A DNA stretch of 63,792 nt, filler included, from an uncultured bacterium (GTDB lineage Bacteria > Latescibacterota > UBA2968), in assembly GCA_964471275.1 (NCBI GenBank). It is 4 parts of 4 records of this genome, joined end to end, with 100 filler letters (N's around TTAATTAATTAA, not from the genome) between each part and the next. Parts side by side here need not be neighbours in the genome. Positions count along the whole stretch, not along the records: positions 52,351 to 63,792 come from CAYYGZ010000156.1; 3 more parts are not named here. One strand, 5' to 3'. A program made the position numbers and the translations under genes. Shown in pieces: positions 58,172 to 63,792 of the stretch (its first letter is position 1; each line of letters begins with the position of its first letter). The notes beneath the pieces were generated by a model. That model was not told the DNA's origin. It saw only the letters and a list, made by a program, of their open reading frames with translations, and searched no databases.

Positions 58172-59314
58172 ATGCGAACGCCGGCAATTCTGCTCGTGTT
58201 TGCGCTGGCAGTCACCAACACAGCCAACGCAGACGCCCAACCCGCCAGCCAGAACACGGCTACGGGCACATCCAATGCGTTCAATCCGGCCCTGAGCCTG
58301 AACGGTCTCTTCCTTGGTTTTCACACCTCGGCCCCCTTCTCACTCGAACCTGCGTTCGATCATGACAACGAGCTCGAAGAGCAGACCGAAGCAGATGTCG
58401 AGCACGCCCACGAAGAGGGGCACGCTCACGGATTACCCGATGAAAGCGGCTTGAGCGTACAGGAGATTGAGATCCGACTGAGCGCCAACGTCGATGCCTA
58501 CCTCCGCGCCGTGGCGACACTCGCGATCCCGGGAACGGAAGGACTCGAGCTCGAGGAAGGCTACATCGAGTCGATCGATCTCCGGAACATCACGCTTCGA
58601 GCCGGTAAGTTCCTCTCCACCTTCGGCGTGCAGAACAGTCTGCACACGCACGCCTACCCCTTCATCGATAACGCGATCGCAAACGAACGTCTTCTCGGCA
58701 ACGAGGGGATGAACGAAGTCGGTATCCGTGCCAGCCTCCTCCTCCCCACAGCGTGGTTCTCGGAGCTCAACTTGGAACTGCTCGATGGGGCGAACGAGCT
58801 GTTCGCCGCGACAGACAGCGGCAATTTCGCATACATCGCCGACTGGCACAACCTGTGGGATCTGAACGAGGACACGACACTCGAAATCGGCGGATCATAC
58901 GGCGCCGGCACAAACGGCTCGGGTGAGCTGACGCAGTTGATCGGGTCAAACCTCGCCCTGAAGTGGCGATCCTCGAAGCGCGGGTCTCACCGGAGGCTAA
59001 GCCTGCAGACCGAGTATCTGCAGGCTCGTGTATCCGATAGCACGGATACGGAAGAGGCCGGCGGGCTGTCTGCCCACGCTCAGCTGCAAATGTCGCGCAG
59101 GTGGTGGCTGCAGGGGCGCTACGACCTGTTCGGCATCCCGGGATCAACGGCGCTCAGACAGCGCCGATACAGCGCCCTCGTTGCAATGGTCCTGAGCGAG
59201 TACTCGGCTTTTAGAGCACAGTATAATCAGTGTCGCGAACGGGGCGTCACAACCCATCAAATGACGGTCCAGATCAACTTCACAATCGGATCACATCCTG
59301 CTCATGCCTACTAG
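58172..59314 (+). CDS. His-rich outer-membrane beta-barrel (zinc-regulated porin-like family)
   Basis: Signal peptide; NAFNPALS, HAHEEGHAH, E.E..L.A.VD.Y, LEEGY, N.LHTH; C-terminal IGSHPAHAY. Confidence 0.85.
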   Translation: MRTPAILLVFALAVTNTANADAQPASQNTATGTSNAFNPALSLNGLFLGFHTSAPFSLEPAFDHDNELEEQTEADVEHAHEEGHAHGLPDESGLSVQEIEIRLSANVDAYLRAVATLAIPGTEGLELEEGYIESIDLRNITLRAGKFLSTFGVQNSLHTHAYPFIDNAIANERLLGNEGMNEVGIRASLLLPTAWFSELNLELLDGANELFAATDSGNFAYIADWHNLWDLNEDTTLEIGGSYGAGTNGSGELTQLIGSNLALKWRSSKRGSHRRLSLQTEYLQARVSDSTDTEEAGGLSAHAQLQMSRRWWLQGRYDLFGIPGSTALRQRRYSALVAMVLSEYSAFRAQYNQCRERGVTTHQMTVQINFTIGSHPAHAY

Positions 59315-60290
59315 TCACGACTTCCATCACATAGTGCCTTGCAGACGACCTCATCCCCGACACACAAGACGACTCACGATCCATCTCATCGGATGCCTCA
59401 CAGCCGTCCTGATCTTCTGCCCGACTGCTGCCGATCTCAGGGTCGTCACTACGACATCCGATCTTGCATCGATCACACGTTCCGTCGGCGGAGACCTTGT
59501 CGAAGTCCAATCGATCACGCGCGGTCACCAGGATGCGCACACCGTACAGGCCAAACCGAGTTTTATGCGTCGGCTCAACCGTGCCGACCTCCTGATCTAT
59601 ACGGGCCTCGAACTCGAGGTCGGCTGGCTGCCACTCCTGATACGGGGTGCCCGGAATCCCGCTGTGGCCGTCGGTGCAATGGGCCATCTCAACGCGGCTA
59701 CGGCTGATCTGCCAATCCTGGAGAAGCCTGAGGGGCCCGTCGATCGATCGATGGGTGATGTTCATCCGGAGGGCAATCCGCACTACCTGCTCGATCCCAG
59801 GAACGGCCCGCGGGTAGCAGGGCTGATCGCGGGGCGTCTCGCCAGGCTGGATCCCGACAATGCATCTGTCTACGCCGATCACCTGGAGTCCTACACCGCC
59901 GAACTCGGCAGTCGCATCGCTCTGTGGGAGCGGCGTACAGAGCATCTACGAGGTAGAGCCATCGTCACCTACCACGCTCAGTGGGAGTATCTGATGCACT
60001 GGCTGGGAATCGACATCGTCGAAAGCGTCGAGACCAAACCAGGCATACCGGCAAGCCCGCGTCACGTGGCTTCATTGGTATCGCGGATGCGGAAAGAGGA
60101 CATAGGAATCCTCGTCTGCGCAAATTACCTCGACCCAAGAGCAGCTCAGCAGGTCGCAGTGAGAGCGGGTGCAGTCCACCTCGTTCTCCCCGTTTCACCA
60201 GGCGGCGAGGTCGACACCGACGACTACATCGATCTCTTTGAACACCTGATCACCAGACTTGTGGAGAGTTTTGGAGACCGTGCCCCGTGA
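59304..60290 (+). CDS. Metal ABC transporter substrate-binding protein (ZnuA/TroA family)
   Basis: QDAH, GLELEVGWLP, DVHPEGNPHY.LDP, YH and E.KPGIP motifs. Start uncertain. Confidence 0.93.
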   Translation: MPTSHDFHHIVPCRRPHPRHTRRLTIHLIGCLTAVLIFCPTAADLRVVTTTSDLASITRSVGGDLVEVQSITRGHQDAHTVQAKPSFMRRLNRADLLIYTGLELEVGWLPLLIRGARNPAVAVGAMGHLNAATADLPILEKPEGPVDRSMGDVHPEGNPHYLLDPRNGPRVAGLIAGRLARLDPDNASVYADHLESYTAELGSRIALWERRTEHLRGRAIVTYHAQWEYLMHWLGIDIVESVETKPGIPASPRHVASLVSRMRKEDIGILVCANYLDPRAAQQVAVRAGAVHLVLPVSPGGEVDTDDYIDLFEHLITRLVESFGDRAP

Positions 60291-61105
60291 CCGAATTCCT
60301 GACCTTTATGGCCCCACCTTTCGCGGCTTGTCTGATCCTCGTCGGCATACACGCCTACTTGGGTATACACGTACTGGCCAGGGAAGTCATCTTCGTCGAC
60401 CTCTCCCTTGCCCAGATCGCCGCCCTTGGAGGCACGATTGCGATCGTATTCGGGCACGAGCTCCACAGCACGGCTGCATACGTGTCTTCCCTGATCGCTG
60501 CACTGGTCGGGGCTTGCGTATTCACGTTCACCCGGTCGGAGGGCAGCCACGTGTCGCAGGAAGCTATCATCGGCATCGTTTACGCCGTGTCTGCCGCTGC
60601 GGGCATTCTCGTCCTTGATCGCGCACCGCACGGGGCCGAGCACATTAGACACCTGCTTGTCGGTTCGATCCTGTGGGTGACCTGGGTGGATGTGGGTGAG
60701 ACGCTAGCCATCTACGTCCCGATCGGCGCCATGCACTACGTTTACCGTAATCGATTCCTCGCGCTATCTGGAATTACCTCGCCTACCGGGATTGCGCAGG
60801 GGTCACGTCGCGGTTGGGATTTCCTCTTCTACGCTGGCTTCGCCATCGTCATTACCAGCTCTGTCCAGATCGCAGGCGTTCTGCTCGTCTTTTCATTTCT
60901 AGTCGTGCCCGCGGTGTGTGCAACGCTTGTGGCATCGAGACCGGGAACCCGGCTTGCGGCGGGCTGGGGGATCGGCTTCGCCGTAAGCGCTATCGGCTGC
61001 GCCGCATCCTACTACGCAGACCTCCCGACAGGGGCGACGATCGTATGCGTATTCGGCCTCGCCCTGGTCTTCACCGCAGGCTATCGGAGAATCATCTTGG
61101 CGTAG
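60287..61105 (+). CDS. Metal ABC transporter permease (ZnuB/ABC-3 family)
   Basis: YLGIHVLAREVIFVDL.LAQ, EAIIGIVY, GVLLVFSFLVVPA and DLPTGA motifs. Confidence 0.93.
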   Translation: MTEFLTFMAPPFAACLILVGIHAYLGIHVLAREVIFVDLSLAQIAALGGTIAIVFGHELHSTAAYVSSLIAALVGACVFTFTRSEGSHVSQEAIIGIVYAVSAAAGILVLDRAPHGAEHIRHLLVGSILWVTWVDVGETLAIYVPIGAMHYVYRNRFLALSGITSPTGIAQGSRRGWDFLFYAGFAIVITSSVQIAGVLLVFSFLVVPAVCATLVASRPGTRLAAGWGIGFAVSAIGCAASYYADLPTGATIVCVFGLALVFTAGYRRIILA

Positions 61106-61307
61106 CCACACCCAAGTCTGTTCCACGTTACCATGAATCTCGCCGAGCCTTCACCATCACGAGACTCACTTGACATCCTGAAAATGGAGCATTCCCTTGA
61201 GTGCGGATCGCCATTCGCTACATTGCGCCGGCGTCTGACTTGACACTTGGATGCCGGGCCGCCATTTTCAGTTGCCGGGTAGCGACTTTCTTCCACTACA
61301 GAGACAG

Positions 61308-61748
61308 ATGACAATACATCCTACAAAGCGTGGGCTCCAGACATTCCTGACCCTCTGGATCCTCCTGTGCTATGCACTGCAAGCAACGCCGTCGGCCGTA
61401 TCTCTCTCACCTAGGACGGAAAGTGACGGTGACACCTGCTCCTCACAGGAATGTTGTGCATCTGCACAAGCGGGCCCCTGTTGCTGTGCCGGTACAGCGT
61501 CTCTCGCAGCCCTCTGCAGCAACAAGAACCTGGGAATCGATGCCTCCTTCCTACCGGGCCCTGTCTGTTCTTCTACGGGCGGCGAGATTGACGAACTCGT
61601 AACCCAGATCCACCTCCCAACCGCTTACGTCTTTACGACCGATGTCGCACACGCGACCATCTCATCCATCCCGAACCACCGCCTACCGCTTATCCATCCC
61701 GACCTACCCGAAAAAGTCCCGATCCATCTCCGGTTTGCCACCAGCTGA
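61308..61748 (+). CDS. Cys-rich exported small protein / putative leader peptide
   Basis: Signal peptide, C-x4-CC-x7-CCC cluster, Pro-rich C-terminus ending PDLPEKVPI. Confidence 0.7.
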   Translation: MTIHPTKRGLQTFLTLWILLCYALQATPSAVSLSPRTESDGDTCSSQECCASAQAGPCCCAGTASLAALCSNKNLGIDASFLPGPVCSSTGGEIDELVTQIHLPTAYVFTTDVAHATISSIPNHRLPLIHPDLPEKVPIHLRFATS

Positions 61749-61878
61749 ATACGCAACCCATCCGAGCCAGACCCATTGTTTGAGTAAACAGGACCGGTCT
61801 GCTCGCTAGCTCGTCCTTCGCCCGACACACAGATCGCGCCCGGGGTATGGACGAACCACCGGCAAACACGAGGAATCC

Positions 61879-63792
61879 ATGATCGGAAGACAATTCCGTC
61901 TCTTGGCAGGAGCACTCCTGCTCGGAGCTGTATCTACCCAGACTATAGTAGCTGAAACCGCCACCTTACAACTCCTCAATCGGTCGCAGGGAGGCCCGAT
62001 CGTCGGCGCCGTATACACCATCGGCGGACAGACGGGTATCACGGGCTCGCAGGGAACCGCGCGATTCACCCGTGCAGAAAGCGACACGCTCTTCCTGTCA
62101 CACGTCACTTATGGGAAGTGGCACCTAACCGATGCAAAGCTCGATGGCGCCATCGAATCCGGTGTCGCCTACCGCCTCAATCAGACGATCCTGCTGCAAC
62201 CGGTGACTGTCGTCGCCCTTCGGCCGGGTCAGGGCATCGTCGAAGAGCTTGGTCTCGGTACGCAGGACCGTCTCTCTCACGATGCCGGAACTGTCCTGAG
62301 CCAGGTGACAGCGATCAGCGGCATCCAGAAGAGTGGCGGTTACGGGTTTGATCCTGTCCTCCGGGGCTTCAAATACGACCAGCTCAACGTCGTCATCGAC
62401 GGTGCACAGTGTGCGACGGCCGCGTGCCCGAACCGGATGGATCCCCCAACCAGCCAGATCGCACTGAATATGGTTGACGAGATCGAGATCCTGAAGGGAC
62501 CGCACGCACTTCGGTATGGCCCCTCGTTCGGCGGTACGATCAATTTTCAATCCACACGTCCTCAGTTCGTCGATGAGTCGGACACTTACGGTCGGCTCTC
62601 GACCAGCGCGGAGAGCAACGACGGCGCCTACCGTTCGGAGGGCCTCATCGGCGTCCGCGGATCGGCCTACGATATCGCCTTGCTTGGCGCTTATTCCCAG
62701 GGAAACGACTACCAGGATGGGTCGGGTGTCACCGTGCCGGCGTCCTTCAGACGAGCCAGCTACGGAGCCACGGTAAGCGTGCGTCCATCGACCAGCCAGC
62801 TGTTCACCCTCTCCGCAACCCATAATCGTGCGAATGACACGCGCTTTGCGGCTCTGCCGATGGACCTGCGGAGCGACAAGACCTGGCTGCTCAACCTGCG
62901 GCACGAAGCTCGCGTGGAAGGTGAACGGCTGGACACCTGGAACACGACTGCCTACCTGACGCGTGTCGATCACATGATGGACAACCTGGAAAAGGTACTC
63001 GCTCCCCGGATGCTGAACGCTACGACGGACGCAGAAACGGTGAACCTGGGTATGAGAACGGAGGGCATCTGGTCCCTCGATCCGATCAAGCTCTACACCG
63101 GGATGAGTCTTCGTCTGGAAAGAGCGGAGGGCGATCGATCACGAGATTTTCTCATAGGCCCGATGAAGGGACGTACCGTAGGTGACAACGTCTGGAACGG
63201 CTGTCAGATCTTCAGGGGTGGCCTGTTTGCGGAACTCCACCGATCCTACGATTCTGCACGAATGGTGGTATCCGGACGACTGGACTACACCGACGCGACG
63301 GCACGTAATCTGGATCCGGATTTTGCGAGCAGGAACCAGAGGACAAATCGGTCAGAATTCAACCCGAGCATCAGTCTCGGCGGACTCCGATATCTCGATA
63401 ACGGAATATCGATAGGCCTCTGGCTCGGCAGAGCGCAGCGTAGTGCAAGCCTGACCGAATCCTACATCAATTCCTTGCCGGTTGGCGCCGACCCCTACGA
63501 GATGCTCGGCAATCCATCGCTGAATCCTGAGATCAACAATCAGATCGATCTGACGTTCTGTTACCGGACCTCTCGGACGTCTCTCGACATCTCTATCTTC
63601 TCTGCGTTCCTCCAGGACTACATATCTTCAGAGATCGACCCCAATCTTACTCCGAAAATGCCTTCGAATCCGGGTGTACGGCGGTATGCCAACATCGCAT
63701 CGGCCCTGATGACTGGTTTCGAAGCCAGTTGGGTGCAGCAACTGACGAGACACTTCGAACAGAAGACGAGCCTGGCATATACCTACGGAAAG
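61879..63792 (+). CDS. TonB-dependent copper receptor, OprC-like (runs off the window)
   Basis: Not in the ORF track. Manual translation MIGRQFRLLAGALLLG...DPVLRGF...IDG...ACPNRMDPPTS...EILKGP..LRYG..GG.IN...VDHMMDN; CxxxM plus HxM copper site. Confidence 0.9.
   Translation, partial: MIGRQFRLLAGALLLGAVSTQTIVAETATLQLLNRSQGGPIVGAVYTIGGQTGITGSQGTARFTRAESDTLFLSHVTYGKWHLTDAKLDGAIESGVAYRLNQTILLQPVTVVALRPGQGIVEELGLGTQDRLSHDAGTVLSQVTAISGIQKSGGYGFDPVLRGFKYDQLNVVIDGAQCATAACPNRMDPPTSQIALNMVDEIEILKGPHALRYGPSFGGTINFQSTRPQFVDESDTYGRLSTSAESNDGAYRSEGLIGVRGSAYDIALLGAYSQGNDYQDGSGVTVPASFRRASYGATVSVRPSTSQLFTLSATHNRANDTRFAALPMDLRSDKTWLLNLRHEARVEGERLDTWNTTAYLTRVDHMMDNLEKVLAPRMLNATTDAETVNLGMRTEGIWSLDPIKLYTGMSLRLERAEGDRSRDFLIGPMKGRTVGDNVWNGCQIFRGGLFAELHRSYDSARMVVSGRLDYTDATARNLDPDFASRNQRTNRSEFNPSISLGGLRYLDNGISIGLWLGRAQRSASLTESYINSLPVGADPYEMLGNPSLNPEINNQIDLTFCYRTSRTSLDISIFSAFLQDYISSEIDPNLTPKMPSNPGVRRYANIASALMTGFEASWVQQLTRHFEQKTSLAYTYGK

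Overview
The window is not one contiguous locus. It is four unrelated assembly contigs joined by 100-bp N/TTAATTAATTAA linkers at 17367-17466, 34822-34921 and 52251-52350. The contig lengths (>=17366, 17355, 17329) suggest size-sorted MAG/SAG contigs. The DNA is GC-rich and bacterial. A DUF6785-type transporter, a dockerin-like tail, a cohesin plus FlgD/T9SS-like CTD protein and many sulfatases and enolase-superfamily enzymes point to Latescibacterota or a related FCB lineage (inference). Contig 1: tag, a metallophosphoesterase, a sodium:solute symporter with a structured leader, gluconolactonase, a PHP hydrolase, an ART-like/HEAT protein, the Tm-1-like UPF0261 + TIM-barrel pair, a dihaem cytochrome c, an enolase-superfamily enzyme, a putA/rocA remnant and a GH95 fucosidase. 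Contig 2: purN, a decayed purC, mreBC, pcm, the cohesin-CTD protein, a ccsA-sirC-hemA-hemC-cobA/hemD operon, HD-GYP, anmK and a GT2. Contig 3: sulfated-glycan and sugar-acid catabolism (two sulfatases, two heparinase II/III proteins, uxuA-like, dgoD-like, HpcH aldolase, DUF6785 transporter) plus slyD. Contig 4: folE2, lgt, a Cys-free rpmG, cyt c-PCuAC-SCO and a metal-uptake island. The island is the best novel-system candidate: an RHH/zinc-ribbon regulator, MerC, an RSPP leader peptide, a His-rich porin, an ATPase-less ZnuAB, and a Cys-rich PEKVP leader before an OprC-like TonB receptor. No rRNA, tRNA, CRISPR array or transposase was recognised. All family calls come from motif recognition by eye; no searches were run.
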